From the NCBI RefSeq assembly GCF_018350175.1, contig NC_058368.1, positions 56,794,001 through 56,858,000 of the forward strand: a DNA stretch of 64,000 nt, given 5' to 3'. The position numbers and the translations under genes are program-made. Positions 1 to 14,371 of this stretch are shown piece by piece. Position 1 is the first letter of the stretch; every line of letters begins with the position of its first letter. The notes below the pieces were generated by a model that saw only the letters and a program-made list of their open reading frames with translations, was not told where the DNA came from and ran no database searches. This stretch comes from Felis catus (taxonomy: Eukaryota).

Positions 1-450
1 TATAATGACATACAGGAGGAAAATAGGATTAAACATAAATAAAGATGACCAGTTATTTGACTTACTGACTGTGTGTAATTTACATAATGAGAGTTAATTG
101 GCAGTACTCTTGATCAGTGTGTGAGAAACTCAGAGATTCTATACAACTCAGTTAAGTTTTTTGTTGGTTTGTTTGTTTTGTTTTTTGTTTTTGTTTTTTG
201 TTTTTTTAGAAAGCCAGATATTAATTATAAAGGAAATTAGACTTTGGATGAAAAAGGAAATATAATCACACTGAAAAATATTTACAGTTGTCCTAGTTAA
301 AATTACTATTAATTTAACCAAAAATTGTGACATAATAATATTAGAAGAATGGGTGCAGAAAGCAGAAGAAAGAGATATAAAATATTTGTATATTATAACT
401 AATAAAAAGTATATCAATATTTAGTAGCATAGCATAAAGGTTTATTTTTC

Positions 451-620
451 TTAATGTTTATTTATTTTTCAGAGAGAGAGAGAAATACTGTGTGAGTGGG
501 GGAGGGACAGAGAGGGAGACACAGAATCAGAAGCAGGCTCAGGGGCTTGACCTCACTAGCTGTGAGATCATGACCTGAGCTGAAGTCAGATGCCCAACTG
601 ACTGAGCCACCCAGGTGTCC
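451..620 (-). mobile_element. Carnivore tRNA-derived SINE (CanSINE), internally deleted
   Basis: T-rich tail, (GA)n, and gagccacccaggtgtcc 5' end; degenerate TSD agcatagcataaagg / aacataggataaagt. Confidence 0.9.
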
Positions 621-773
621 AACATAGGATAAAGTTTTAAAAATGTAAAGGAAATCCTGTAAAAGCAACAGGTTAAAAATGTTTTTATGTTTTAGATGCC
701 TGATTCTGGAGGCAGGACAAGATAGAGGCAGAACAACTGAATTTTCTTTTTCACTACATGTTTGTTTGATTGT

Positions 774-775
<2 letters not shown>

Positions 776-818
<43 letters not shown>
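776..818. repeat. (TG)n microsatellite
   Basis: Direct read. Confidence 0.97.
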
Positions 819-819
<1 letters not shown>

Positions 820-1902
820 ATGTGTTTGTTTTAGTATACTTCTACCTTGAAAGGGAAAAAATAAGTAAGTAATAAGCAGGTAAATAAAATCAATTTGATA
901 AGCATACAAATATTTTTTAAAAGTGATTAAAATCAACATCCCTAATTCAATAAATAAATATTCATATTCTCCTCCAGTTAGAATCTAGCTTTTTTAAGCT
1001 TCTGCCAATGTATAGTTATAAATTTCCCCAGTGACTTTAAACTTTATGTTTATTATGTAATAAATTATATATAATTTAATTGTCTGGACTGCTCTACAAA
1101 TGACAAGTATTATGTTTATGGTTGTACAGAATTTGACAGTAAATTGGGGTGTAGAAAACAAGATGAAAGGAGAATTTAGTAAAAGACAGCTAAAATTCTT
1201 TGACCATATATAACCAGAAAAAAATAAAGGTACAAAAAGAACACATATAAAACATTAAAATTGAGAATATAATAAGATATAATACAATATTGGATATTTT
1301 TCCTAGTCTTTTCTTGCTGTAGTTGGGTTGGATTTTGTTTGTTTTGTTTTATGACTTTTTTTTAACCAGTCAGTTTAAATTAAAACTAACTTCATTTATT
1401 TTCATGCACATTTAGATCCAAAGAAAGGGACTTTGAAAATTTTTGAAAATAGCTTACAATTAGTATTCAATAGATTTAAGGTTCAGTGTATTTTGAGTCA
1501 GTAGACATTTGATAAACAAATCATAAATCCATAATTCTTTTTTGTTTTTGTTTTTTTTAGTAATCAGAAATGGGAAGATTTAAGATAGTTCTTCCTACAT
1601 TCATTGAGCCTATGATTTGGGGAGATACAAGATATATACATAAAAATGTACAAAGCCAACAAGTAATTTTGTAAGCCTTATATTTTCCAGTCTTCAGTAA
1701 GAATTAAGAGTATTTTGGGGTTGTTTACTTAAACAGCAGTTTTGAAGCCCAATAATCAAAGAGTCTGGTTAAGCAGGTTTGGGGAAGAACTCAGAGATCT
1801 ACTCATTATTCTCCTGCATTCTAGTAATTTATAGAGAAAGGTTGAGAGAAACTGTTTTAAACCCTCTAAAGAAATAATATATTCATTTAAAAAGGAGATG
1901 GT

Positions 1903-2100
1903 TGGGGTGCCTGAGTGTCTCAATTGGTATGCGTCTGACTTTGGCTCAGATCATGAACTCAAGGTTCATGAATTAGAGTCCAGTATTAAACAGAGCATGG
2001 AGCCTACTTCAGATTCTGTGTCTCCCTCTCTGCCCCTCCCCCACTCATGTTCACTCTCTCTCTTTCTCTCTTTCTCTGAAAACAATAAGTAGACATTAAA
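1903..2100 (+). mobile_element. CanSINE, diverged
   Basis: ggggtgcctgagtgtctca head, (CT)n, A tail; TSD aaaaaggagatgg / aaaaaggagattg. Confidence 0.9.
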
Positions 2101-2631
2101 AAGGAGATTGTTATCCAGAGAAACAAAGAAGGAGAGCCTTAGAGAGGAACAGTGGTAGACCCATCTAAGTCCTTTAACGGCAGACTACCCAGTCAGGCTG
2201 GTGAGTACTCAATTAGCCTGACACATATATCTCTTATTATAATGACTGTTGTAGTATTTTAGAAAGTGCTACTGTCAGACTTTTCAACTAATAAAATTTT
2301 CTTTACTTTGATTACTTGCTTGCTAGGCATCCTTCAGACCATTGCCTTCAGTTGCCATTACAACAGCGGTGGAGTATGTTCAAATTCACATAAGTATTCA
2401 GTCTACTCTAAAACTGCATTTCACATAGTAAATCAAACTGAAACCCTGACTTTTCTAACCATTTTTATAAGCTTTGTTAGTATGACATGATATGCCTGAA
2501 TCTAATTAACTCTGAAATACTTGCGAGTTTGTGTTTCTGAACCTACAAAGCCAAATCTTGGACTTTGGTGAATTTAATGAATTAAATTATACCTTTTTAA
2601 AAATTAACTAATTCACTAAGTCATTATTTTT

Positions 2632-3129
2632 GTATTTATTTATTATTATTGGAGGATAATTGACATACGATGCTACATTGCTTTCAGGTATACAACATAG
2701 TGATTTGACACTTACATACATTATGAAATGCTCACCATGGTAAGTGTGGCTACCATCTGTCACCACACAAAATTATTACGATATTGTTGACTATATTCCT
2801 TATGCTGTCCCCATAACTTCTTTATATAACTCGAAGTTTGTATCTCTTAATCTTTACCTATTTACCCATTCCCCCACTCACTTAACCCTCTGGTAACCAC
2901 CAGTTTCTTCTCTGTATTTGAGTCCTTTTCTGTTTTTTGTTTTTGTTTGTTTTTAGATGATACATATAAGTGAAATTATATGGTATTTGTCTTTCTCTCT
3001 GATTTATTTCACTTAACATAATATCCTCTAGGTCCATCCATATTGTCATGAATGGTAAAAATGCTTTTTATGGTTGATTAATACTCCATTGTGTGTGTGT
3101 GTGTGTGTGTGTGTGTATCTTATATATAT

Positions 3130-3160
<31 letters not shown>

Positions 3161-3228
3161 CATATATATATGATACACACACATATATCTTATATATTTC
3201 TTATATATCTTATGTATCTTATATATAT

Positions 3229-3283
<55 letters not shown>

Positions 3284-4094
3284 CTTTATTCATTAATCTA
3301 TTATGGACACTTTGGCTTGGTTGCTTCCAAATATTGGTTATTGTAAATAATGCTGCCATGAACATGGGGGGTGCAGATGTCTTTTTGAGTTAGCACTTTC
3401 ATTTTCTTTCTATAAATAACCTCAGTGGAATGGCTGGATGACATGATAGTTCTTGAGGAACCTCCATGCCATATTTCAACTTCTATTCCCACCAACACTG
3501 CACTAGGGTTCCCTTTTCTCCACATCCTTGCCTACTATTATTATTTTGTGTCTTTTTGATGAGCCATTCTGACCGATATGAGGTGATAACTCATTGTGGC
3601 TTCAGTTTCCTGATGGCTAGTAGTGTTGAGCACTGTTTCATGTATCTGTTGGCCATCTGTATGACTTCTTAGGAGAAATGTATATTAAGACTTTCTGCCC
3701 ATTTTTAATTGGATTATTTGTTGTTTGTTTTTGAGCGTATGAGTTCTTTATGTATTTTGGTTATTAACTTATCAAATATATCATTTGCAAATATCTTCTT
3801 GCATTCAGTAGCTTGCCTTTTAATTTTGTTGACAATTTCCTTTGCTCTGCAAAAGCTTTTTCTTTTTATGTAGTCCCAATACTTTATTTTTACTTTTGTC
3901 TTCCTTGCCTGAGGAGACAGATCCAGAAAAATATTGCTAAGGCCATTCTGAGGGTCTACTGCCTATGTTTGTTTGTTTGTTTTCCTTTTAAGAGTTTTAT
4001 GGTTTCAGGTCATACATTAGGTTTTCAATCCATTCTGAATTTTATTTTTGTGTATGATAAAAGAAAGTGGTCAAGTTTAATTTTTTTTTTTTTT
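2632..4094 (-). mobile_element. L1 3' end (L1MA/L1_Carn-like 3'UTR plus ORF2 end)
   Basis: Typical antisense L1 3' sequence (aggtccatccatattgtc, taaataatgctgccatgaacat, ctgttggccatctgtatg, tttgcaaatatcttc). Confidence 0.9.
3089..3282. repeat. (TG)n(TA)n compound microsatellite inside L1
   Basis: Direct read. Confidence 0.95.
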
Positions 4095-4099
4095 ACAAA

Positions 4100-4278
4100 T
4101 TATAGTAATCAGTATGGTACTGGCTTAAAATTAAACATAAAGATGAATGGCACAGAATAGAAAGCCCAGAAATAAACCCGAGTATATGGTTAATTAATCT
4201 ACAAAAAGGAAGCAAGACTAAATAATAGGAAAAAGTCTCTTTGAAAAATGTTGCTGAAAAAATTGGACCAGCTACATG
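4100..4278 (+). mobile_element. Inverted L1 ORF2 segment (5' inversion of the 2632-4094 element)
   Basis: cagtatggtactggc..cagaatagaaagcccagaaataaaccc..aattggaccagctacatg is sense L1 ORF2. Confidence 0.85.
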
Positions 4279-4588
4279 ATATATTCTGAGGCTTCCTGCC
4301 GTTAAATGAGTTGGGATGAACTAATGACATCTTTCTTGTCCTGCTGACCTTTTCTTTCTAAGTATGTATCTGGTGAAAGGATACTCACCAGTAAAAATAA
4401 AAGAAAGTCAGAAGGAGTTGACATATGGGCATGATTTTGAAAACTGTTTGGCATTTGTTTAGAATATATGGAAGTAAGGCAAATACACATGTAATTATGA
4501 AGAAACAATATAAGCAAAGTTGAACAAGGAAAACATAATATGATAGTGATCTATAGCGTAAGTAAGTTTGTTTAAAACATTGAGTTCA

Positions 4589-4830
4589 GGGGCGCCTGGT
4601 TGGCACAGTCGGTTAAGCGCCCGACTTCAGCTCAGGTCACGATCTCGCGGTCCGGGAGTTCGAGCCCCACGTCGGGCTCTGGGCTGATGATGGCTCAGAG
4701 CCTGGAGCCTGTTTCCGATTCTGTGTCTCCCTCTCTCTCTGCCCCTCCCCCATTCATGCTCTGTCTCTCTCTGTCCCAAACATAAATAAACATTAAAAAA
4801 AATTTTAAAAAAATAAAAATAAATAAAAAT
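4589..4830 (+). mobile_element. Young Felis-type CanSINE (SINEC_Fc-like)
   Basis: CpG-rich; perfect 16-nt TSD aaaacattgagttcag at 4574-4589 and 4831-4846. Confidence 0.97.
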
Positions 4831-6420
4831 AAAACATTGAGTTCAGTGAAAAAGAAGGAAGAAGGAAAGAGAAAATTGAACTATGATTAGTTTATGGAGT
4901 CCCTCTAGTACAACAGTAAGAACATTTTATTCTCTACAACATCTTGTAATACTGTCAAATTTTACAATGTGGAGATGGCCAAAGTACCTAGATAGGCATT
5001 CCAAAGATATATTTTGATAAAAATATTGATCACTAAAACTATTTGTAAATACATAGGTAGAGATTTCAAAATAAGGAAGTAACTTAGTATTCATATTTAA
5101 AATGTTATGTGATGTTGTACTCATTTATATCATCTTTTGGCATTGTAGAAATGGAGTCACAGTGAATAACAGTCATTATTTTGAAGTTATCATACTCTTT
5201 TAGATAAGCTGAATATAAATTAATCACATACTCCAGCCCGTACGTTATGCCATGGTCATTTGTTCCTCCTAAACCTATAGTTTCTATATTGTTCTATCTC
5301 ATAAGTTCTCCTCATCAAGGATCTTTTAAGGGTGATGAGTAAATTATTTTTATGTTTTTTGCAATTAATATCCTTATCTCAAATGGGTCTTTTTTGGTTT
5401 ATCTAAATCCTTTGAAAATAACTGTTGACATAATTACTGATAGCCTTTTTTTTCCTGTAAGTATATGTCACATTTTAGTAAGTGAAAATCATATTAATTC
5501 TTAATCACTGGGCTTCTAGTAATGACATATCCCCTTTTAGAGACTTCAGTGAAGCAGGTTTTGGCCTTATGCTTAAATAATAGTGGAAGCCATATCCTAG
5601 GACTATGATACCTTCAGTCCAGAGAGATAGAAATAATCTTGCATTAACCATTTTTCCTATGAACAAATAAGTGGAAAGATGTTTTTATTCTTCCCCCCAG
5701 ATGGCTTTGAAAATTAAACTCATAAATAAAGTGAGGGGGAGAAAAAGGATAATATTTTCTACAAAATCCCAAAACAATTCATGCAGAATATGCGATTGAA
5801 CTTTCTGCTTACTGTAATGGAGAGATTAATGAAATCATTCCTCATTACTAAGACATGTCAATCCTTTAATACATTTAACTTTTCTATAATATGCTTCTCT
5901 TTGACTCAACTGACCTTGTAGCAAATGTCCTCTGCATGTCTTTTCCTGAATACCAATTATGGATTTAGTAATGTTATTGCAATCTTTGCTCATTTTTGAA
6001 TGATAAAATGCAAACTATTCCTTTATAATAGAACATGGATTCTGAAACAAATATCATTCATAAACTTCTCTGTAAATGGTTAGATATAATTATATTTTCC
6101 TAACAGGTCTATGAATTGTTTCCCAACTGAAATTAAATTCTTAATAATGCTGCATTTGTAAGGCATGCAATGCCACCAAAGAGTTCTGTAGTCAAAAGGA
6201 GGGTATGCTGCATTTAGAGAGATAAGAAAAAAACTGAAATCAATATAATTAGATTTAGGAGTATTTTTTTTAATTCCACAGGGAATTACTTTCTCATGTT
6301 TCAACAGATTAGTATCAGAATTACCCAATTAAACATTTATAGTTGACTTTTTTTAAACCACTAACTCTTGTCTTTAAAATAGAACAGAATTAGGAAAAAG
6401 AAGTAAGACATGATGTAGCC

Positions 6421-6625
6421 TGGGTGCCTGGGTGGCTCAGATGCTTGACTTTGGCTTAGGTCATGATCTCACCGTTCCTGAGTTTGAGCCCCATGTCGGG
6501 CTCTATGCTGACAGCTCAGAGCCTGGAGCCTGCTTCGGATTTTGTGTCTCTACCCCTCTCCCATTTGCTCTCTCTCACTCTCTCTCTCTCTGTGTCTCTC
6601 AAAAATAAATAAAACATTTTAAGAA
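6421..6625 (+). mobile_element. CanSINE
   Basis: Head, (CT)n and tail present; TSD aagacatgatgtagcc / aagacatgaggtgacc. Confidence 0.93.
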
Positions 6626-6728
6626 AAGACATGAGGTGACCTTTTATCAATAGTCAAAAATATTTACCAATAGTCCAAAAATATTTGAATATCTACATAT
6701 GTACTTACAGAGAGAGGAAACTGCACAT

Positions 6729-6732
<4 letters not shown>

Positions 6733-6811
<79 letters not shown>
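6733..6811. repeat. (CT)n(TA)n compound microsatellite
   Basis: Direct read. Confidence 0.97.
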
Positions 6812-6812
<1 letters not shown>

Positions 6813-8257
6813 GGAGTCTACATATTATACATTTACTCTACATCATTTTGCTATAAATAGTAATAAATTACTTTTCCAGATTAATATCCATTCTTTCCAA
6901 ATTATCTTAATCTCTTAACTCTTCAGTTACAAAGACTTTAAATACATTTTGACTCTTTCTCTTGGACTCATAATTCTTTTCTTAGTGAATCAGATTTTCT
7001 CTGACATTCATTCTGTTTGCTATATATGCCATTTGCCACCAAAATATTGATAGATTTCTCTCTACTGTCCTTGGGTAATTACAACATAGTTTATTTATGT
7101 GGTCTAAGAATAAAATCTCTCCACTGAAAGATACTTTGCATAGGTTCCATACATAGAAGCACTTTTTAAAAGCAATTCTATGACTTTGCTAGTTACATGT
7201 TAAATTACTTTCAAAACATATTAATTTGAACATGTTGACAAAGTTGACTTAAGGGAATGCAACTTTTAAACTCATTGTATATACATTGCATTTCCACTTT
7301 TATAGGGCCTTATAGATACAGTTTCTGACTATTTAAACATTTCCATGTGCCTCTAAGGATGTAGTTTAAAGGTATCTTTTCATTTGTTATCTCCCCATCA
7401 GATCCTGTCTTTCCTTACAAAAGAGAAAATGAGGCCCTGAAAGGAATATTAAGAAATCATCTGATTCCTGCCTGTTTGCCTTGGGAAAATGAGATCTTCT
7501 CAGATAAATGTCTGCTTTATTCTTAGGGCTCTCCAGGGAAGAAGTCTTCTGTCAGTAACCTATTTCTGACAAAAAGTTTTCCGTGTCAAAATGACAAGTC
7601 CTCTATTTTCATTTAGATGTTCTAAGGATCTAGCTATTAAAAAAATTATTCTCTTTGTGTTCATAAGATCATGATAACAATGCTAATTTCTAATAACATT
7701 TCTGCTGGTGATTTCCTACCCCCATTTTTTTTCTTTTTGAAATATGGAAAATTGCAATCAACTTCTGCTTCTTCAGTTTACAAATTACCTGATTATTACA
7801 GAACACATGGAATGTAATGTATATATCAAGTAGATAATGAGTAAATTAGGTCATTTTTTTTTAAATACAGGATACTTACTTTTTGTTAATATATTGCTTA
7901 GGTTTATCAGTCCTGGTCATTTATGCTTTCTGTGGAATAAGGTATTATAAATATTTTAGTTGCATTCTTAAGACTTACGATGATCACAAATCATTAATAT
8001 ATTTTTTTAAACTTCTCATGAACCAATAAATCTAGTAATATGTATGTGTTTAGCCTAAGAGAAAATCATCCCATACTTTAAATATATATGTACCTATATA
8101 TACATATATACATACTTTGAAATAGGTAGCCTCCATATACTTCTGACAGGTATATGGTATGCTCTAGAACAGTATAATGCAATGTGATTTTATGTGCTTA
8201 ATGCAACTCGTCAGCAAATTAAATATTAAACATTGCAGTAGTCCTCATTACATTTTT

Positions 8258-8462
8258 TTTTCAACTTTTATTTATTTTTGGGACAGAGAGAGACAGAGCA
8301 TGAACGGGGAGGGGCAGAGAGAGAGGGAGACACAGAATCGGAAGCAGGCTCCAGGCTCTGAGCCATCAGCCCAGAGCCTGACGTGGGGCTCGAACTCACA
8401 GACTGCGAGATCGTGACCTGGCTGAAGTCGGACGCTTAACCGACTGCGCCACCCAGGCGCCC
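8258..8462 (-). mobile_element. Young Felis-type CanSINE
   Basis: CpG-rich; perfect TSD cctcattacattttt at 8243-8257 and 8463-8477. Confidence 0.97.
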
Positions 8463-8987
8463 CCTCATTACATTTTTAACATCTACATATAGATATTGAT
8501 ATGAATAGGAAGCCTTAAAAAACAAATTTAAACTATCATTTCTGATTCAATTTCATATGATTAATCATAAGGTAGAATAGATTTAATATATGTTGGAACT
8601 CTCAGTTGCTTGGAGGTTGCTTGAACAACAATTTTTTGTTATATTCCAATCTTCCAACTTTTTGTTATATTCCAATCTTACAGCCGTGTTTAGATATGGC
8701 CCTTGGCCATGGACTCAGAAAAACACACCACCTGAAATAAATGATTATTGTTTTCCTGGTTATTTATTTCTTTATTACTTACTAATTCAGGTCACCCAAC
8801 ATTAAACTATGAGCTATATTTCCTTGAGGTAAAAATAAAATGAATGCTTATAAAAGTTTATAAATATCTATATTATAAATATGATATATATTATACACAA
8901 TAGATTTTTACTGATATTTTATAACTGCTTTTAAAATATTTTAGTAGTTTTGAAATATCCTCTCTTCCAAATGAAGTCTTTTGAAAT

Positions 8988-9070
8988 CTATTCAACAGAT
9001 ATTTGTTGAATGGTCATCAGGAAACACTGAGTTATGTTCTCTGTGTGATAGAGAAATAGAGATAGAATCT
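8988..9070 (-). mobile_element. L2 3'-end remnant
   Basis: attcaacagatatttgttgaat motif typical of the L2 3' terminus. Confidence 0.55.
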
Positions 9071-9689
9071 ATGGTCAATAAAAACACTAAGAAGTTTTTA
9101 ATAATATATAGTAAAAACAATATTATTCATAAATAAAAACTCCCTAAGAATATAAAAAATTGATTTTTTTTAAATTCAAACTTGATAAAAAATTTAAATT
9201 TGAAATTGTTTTGCAGTTGTTGTTTTTGTTGTTGTTTCTTAAGCATAGCAACAGAGATGTAGGAAAGGGGAAAGTGCATAGGATTACCAAGAAAAAAAAA
9301 AAGTTTATTTTGGAACATAGAAATTACCTGGTGGTGAAGTCACAAAAAAATCTGGACAATAAATTGATGTCCTGAATGCTAAGTGATGATTTTGAGCTTT
9401 TGTACTGATTTGCCAAGGAGCTCTTCAAGTGGTTTTTTTTCACATGGTCAGCTTTTGGAGATTTTACTCATAACAAATTTCAGACTGATTAAGAAAGGAG
9501 AACTTCAAGAAAAGGAAACATTTTCTTGAATGATAAAAGGTTGTTAATGGATCTGGTTTTCATCCACAGAAAGGGTCATATACCATTAATAATTTTTTAA
9601 ATTATGATATTTGTCTTTCATATTCAAACCAAGTACTTTAAAGTACTTACAGAAATGTAATTAAGAGGCTAAACTTAAATAACATATTG

Positions 9690-9920
9690 ATTTTTAAAAA
9701 AAAATTTTATGTGTATTTATTTTTGAGAGACAGAGACAGTGTGAGTGGGGGGCGGTGGATGGGGAGGGCAGAGAGAGAGAGGGAGATACAGAGTCAGAAG
9801 CAGGCTCCAGGCTCTGAGCTGTCAGCACATAGCCCCACGCGGGGCTTGAACTCACAAACTGTGAGATCATGACTGGAGCTGAAGTCAGACACTTAACCAA
9901 CTGAGCTGCCCTGACACACC
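9690..9920 (-). mobile_element. CanSINE
   Basis: Antisense SINE body (gaagcaggctccaggctctgagctgtcagcac). Confidence 0.93.
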
Positions 9921-12699
9921 TTGACTTTTTTTTTTTTTTTTTTTTTTTCTTTAGCAGTTGGGTCATTCCTGGTGTTTAAAACTTCTTGCAAATGGAAGAA
10001 ATTGAGAAGACACTGACTTTTCATAAAAATATAACTTATATTGTCCCAATACACAAACTACCACTTTCTTAGTATTATCCACCAAAGAAAGAGGGAATAT
10101 TTAATCACATTAATATTAATATTAACCATAAAAATTTTGGAATTGGGGAGAAATGGAGAGATCATGGTGCCTCACTTCCTAGGAAGTAACAGGACTAAAG
10201 CGTGCAAGATTTCATTTTGGTATTTTTCCGCCCTTATCTTTGTAAAATCAGAAAATGAATGAAGTATTGGTGCATTCTTAGATAAGTCCATTTTCCTATC
10301 CCTTGTTGAATCTGTGTACAAAGTAGAAATACTTTTTAATGTTGACCTCTCTTAATCTACTTGCCTCCATCTTGAAAAAAGCTCTTTTTCATGTATTTTG
10401 AATTTTTCTCTCTACATTTGCGTCATTATTCTGAACCTACAACCAAGTTCAAGTCAGCCTCATACTAAATTTTTAAAAGAAATATGTAATTAAATTAAAT
10501 TAAATTGTTTTGTATAATTCAGTTTCCCAATCACAACTATAGTCATCCATAAATACAAGCAAGATTAATTAACTATAAAATATATGGAAGTTTAATAGTA
10601 CCAAAAAGGACTAGCAGAACTTCACTTATCTGTACACTGTGAAGAAAGCATACCAATATATTGATCACATCTCCTAAAAATTATTTTCAAAAAATTAAAA
10701 TTTGTATTTAGTTCTTCTAACATCATAGTAAAGCAAAACATATCAGTTCCATACATAGAAATAATCTAATTGTTTCTAATGGAACAATAATATAGGAAGT
10801 TTATCATAAAAATACCTATCAAATGCTTTTATTTATATATATTTGAGCACCAGCAGATTAGGTTTGTTAAAATTATGATCTATAACTGATTATTTGCCTA
10901 ACCTTCAACTCAAGAACTTGGAAGAGTTAGTTGTACTCAGAAAGGCTAAGAATCTTCTGCAATTAGTGCTAAGAGCCATCTATAAAACATTGCCCAGGAT
11001 AGAGCATTCCTGCTAAAACATTTATCTTAATGTAGAGATAGGATTAGTAGAACTCTGCATAAGACTTGTGAATATGCATACTACCTATGTATTAGATGAT
11101 ATATTCTCATTTTTTTTCTCAAATTGATTCTACTTGATGGAACTATTTTTCTCAGTTATATTTTTCCCTCCTCCTCCTCCTTCCTCTTTTTTTACTTATT
11201 AAAACCTCCAAATAAAGAATCATTCATGTTTATTAAACCCAAGAATTTGAAGCGATCAGTTCTAGATGAAATTTCAGCTAAGATGTGGCTCAAAGACTGA
11301 TCAGCATCCCTTCATAAGAATATCTTAATGGGATTATCACTCTAAATCCCTCCTTTCTGGTTCATATTTCCTGGTTATCTAAATGTTCTCATTTGATCTT
11401 ATCTTGTCCATCATTGTCCATTCCACATGGCATTCTAAGACCATTGATGGCTCTTAATTATCAAACATAATTACACTTCTCCTGGGCCTATCCTAGTAAA
11501 ATTTTCTAGAGTACTTGTATTATGAATTGCTTCCCAGAATATCTCCTACATGAATCTACTCCGCTGTTTTCTCTTGCAATGGTCTGTATGCTCATTCTAA
11601 GCCACTTTAATTGTCTAGTTTTTGTTTTTGTTTTTAACTGGGTCCTCTTAAATTTTAGAGTTTTCTTAAGTTCATGTTTGTTTGTTTTTAATTTCACACT
11701 AAATCTGCCTTTAACTTGATGAATTTGTCTGGATCCACACCTTCTAATTCTGTATATATTATTAGTAATTACCAAATATATATCTTTCCTTTACTAATCT
11801 CTTCACTTATATTTTTAACTAGTTGGTTATCTACACCTGGTGGCCCATCAGACAAGGGATGAAACAGCATCTCCATTATTTACCTACTTCTTATTTTCTT
11901 TTCCTTTTCTTAGTGGGGAGAATGTATATACTAGATTTCAATATTTCTGAATTCTGAGTTTCAAGAGAAACAAAATGTCTGTTTTTGAAACGTTAGGAAA
12001 CATTTTCTCAGTCTCCAGAAATGGAATCAGTAATCTGTATTTGTCTTACCCTTTCTTTGTTGTAAGAATATTAAACTCAGTGAAAGCTCTTACTTTTTCA
12101 TAGATGGAAATCAAGTTATACCTCATCATTCTTGCCTTTTGGTGGCCTGGAAATTGATGAAATGCAAATACTTTACACTGGGATTATCTTTTATAATATC
12201 TGCTTCAGTTTTAGAAAATACATCTGCAAGAAGGTTTAAATTTTACAGGAATATTTTATTTCTCTGAAAAAAATCACGCAGGGACACAACTAGGGATGGG
12301 GTCCATTCAGATGGGAAATAAGATATAGTTCTGGGTAGGAAATATTCATAATGGCAGATTTTGGAAGCATTGAGGATTTTGTTCTGAATAATGATTATGG
12401 TATATAAGTGTTTTCAGTTATTTATTAGAAACATCAGATTAGGGTCTGCTTTGATTGAATTTTACTAAATAATAGTGAGGGATAGAATGAATCCAAATTG
12501 TGGATCAGTGTGGAGAGATAGTAATGATGTGGCCAATGGTGATTAAAGAGAAACCAGAATTCACATCACTATGAGAGGTAAAAAATGACACACAGTACAT
12601 GAAAACACTCCTTCAGAATGCTCAGAATTTTTCAAGAGAATCCTCAACTTACTCCATGCAAACAGGACAGAGAAATTGTGTTATTTTATTTGAGTGTTA

Positions 12700-13530
12700 A
12701 TGAAAACACACATGAAGTTCCCTCAGTTAAATGCACTATCTTCCAGTAAGAAATTACCACAATTCATTTCCTAATCACCTTTCCCTATCTAATTGTTCAA
12801 GGCCTAGAAATTTAACATATTCTTTCTATGCCACTGTCTAGTTTTAGTTACTTATTTCTAACTAGAGCTAATGCTTTATTTAGTTACTTGCCTGCCTTCA
12901 TTCTTTCTCCTCTTCACTATATTCTCCACATTTCCAGCAGGCACAATTGTTATCTCTTTACTCCTATGATTAAATGTTTTCAAATCTAAATGATACTGCA
13001 TGAGATACAAGTTCTTTGACAATCTTATTTTAACAGACCTGTGTAATGTTTTCATAAACTCAACCCACAATACACATACACAGGGACACACACATTCATA
13101 TACATACAAATGCATATCCTTCTCTTCATCCATGTAGGCCTGCTCATCATTTGTGAATATATTATACCTCACTGTTATCTCTCCTGCTTTGCACATGGCA
13201 ACTTCTCTTTTAGAAATGCATCCTATTCTGATTTCCTCCTCTTGTCTTCTCTATCCAGTAAAGCTAAGACTGAATATCATCTTTGTTTTAAAGAATTTCC
13301 ATCCATATCTTGGAGTTAGATTTAACCAAACATTCTCCTGTGCCCCTTCAATACTATATATTAGCATGTATTCCATACTATTTTCATTATGCCTGCCTTT
13401 TCCTCTCAGTGTAGACTTCTTAGAAGGCAGAGGCCTTCCTTACCACTAGTCTATATCATCATAGTCAAGTAGGCAGTAGATTTCCAATAAATATCAGCTG
13501 CAAAAATAAGTAATTTAATAAGTGAATAAA
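12700..13530 (+). mobile_element. L2 remnants
   Basis: Pyrimidine-rich degenerate sequence ending tagacttcttagaaggcagagg..caataaatatc..gtgaataaa, resembling the L2 3' end. Confidence 0.5.
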
Positions 13531-13959
13531 TTTATGGGTAAAACCAGATACTTCTGTAGAGTTTCATAATCAGAAAGATTTCTGTTGTCTATTCTTGTAA
13601 AGGAGACATTAGTATGTTTCCTCTTTTATAAAATATAGAGGATTTCCCTACATGACATTATACTTGCCTAAATTCCCACATGTGAATGAAAAAATAAGCT
13701 GCTTGAATTTAAAACACCAAGATAATTAGCATTTCATTTGCCCAGAGAGGAAATAAAGGTCCTAGTTCATTCACTGCAACACTGATTTGGCACTCTCCAT
13801 GTCTCAGGAGTTAATAACAGAAGGGCACAGATTATTAAACAAAGTGCTCTCTACCCTGTTTCTCCAATTCTTTAGCATTTATTTCCACATTAATCCTAAA
13901 ATATAGTTTCTTTCTCAAAAATCCAATGAAGCTTCTGCCTTGATAAATTGTGTATGTCA

Positions 13960-14370
13960 AAATTCTTAATTGGATAAAAACAGCACACTAGCTAGTTCAA
14001 AAAATGATTTTTAAAGGATATTAAATAGGTCAAGGAATCTCTAGGGAGATAGCAAGTTGAGCTTTTGGGCTTTCAGCGCTCCACAGCCAGATTCAATGCC
14101 CAAATGTCACCAGAAGACTGTTCCATGAAGACCACAATGACCCACAACTGGGCATAGACACTGTCTCCAAACACGGGAGCTGGGCTTGACACCATAGCCT
14201 TCAATCGCTCCTGTTTCTAAAGACCAAAGCCTGCCTTCTAACCTTACCACAGGCAGGTTCTGAATACTTCCCACCCCCTCACCTTGCTTACCTTCAAACT
14301 GAAGTGTAAAGGAAGCTAATCTGTATGCTGGAGGCTACATACACCATGTGTCTGACCCCTAGCTGCAGCG
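13960..14370 (-). mobile_element. Ancient ERVL/MaLR-type LTR fragment (LTR33-like)
   Basis: cacactagctagttcaaaaaatgatttt start and ccatgtgtctgacccctagctgca end resemble old LTR consensus; family uncertain. Confidence 0.4.
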
Positions 14371-14371
14371 C

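Noticed and set aside
4589..4680. tRNA-like A/B boxes
   Set aside because: These are SINE heads, not tRNA genes.
6080..6328. 82-aa minus ORF with an internal acceptor-like tract
   Set aside because: No homology recognised; consistent with chance.
12104..12233. Exon-like segment after ttactttttcatag, open in two frames
   Set aside because: Weak donor (gtttaa) and unrecognised peptides.
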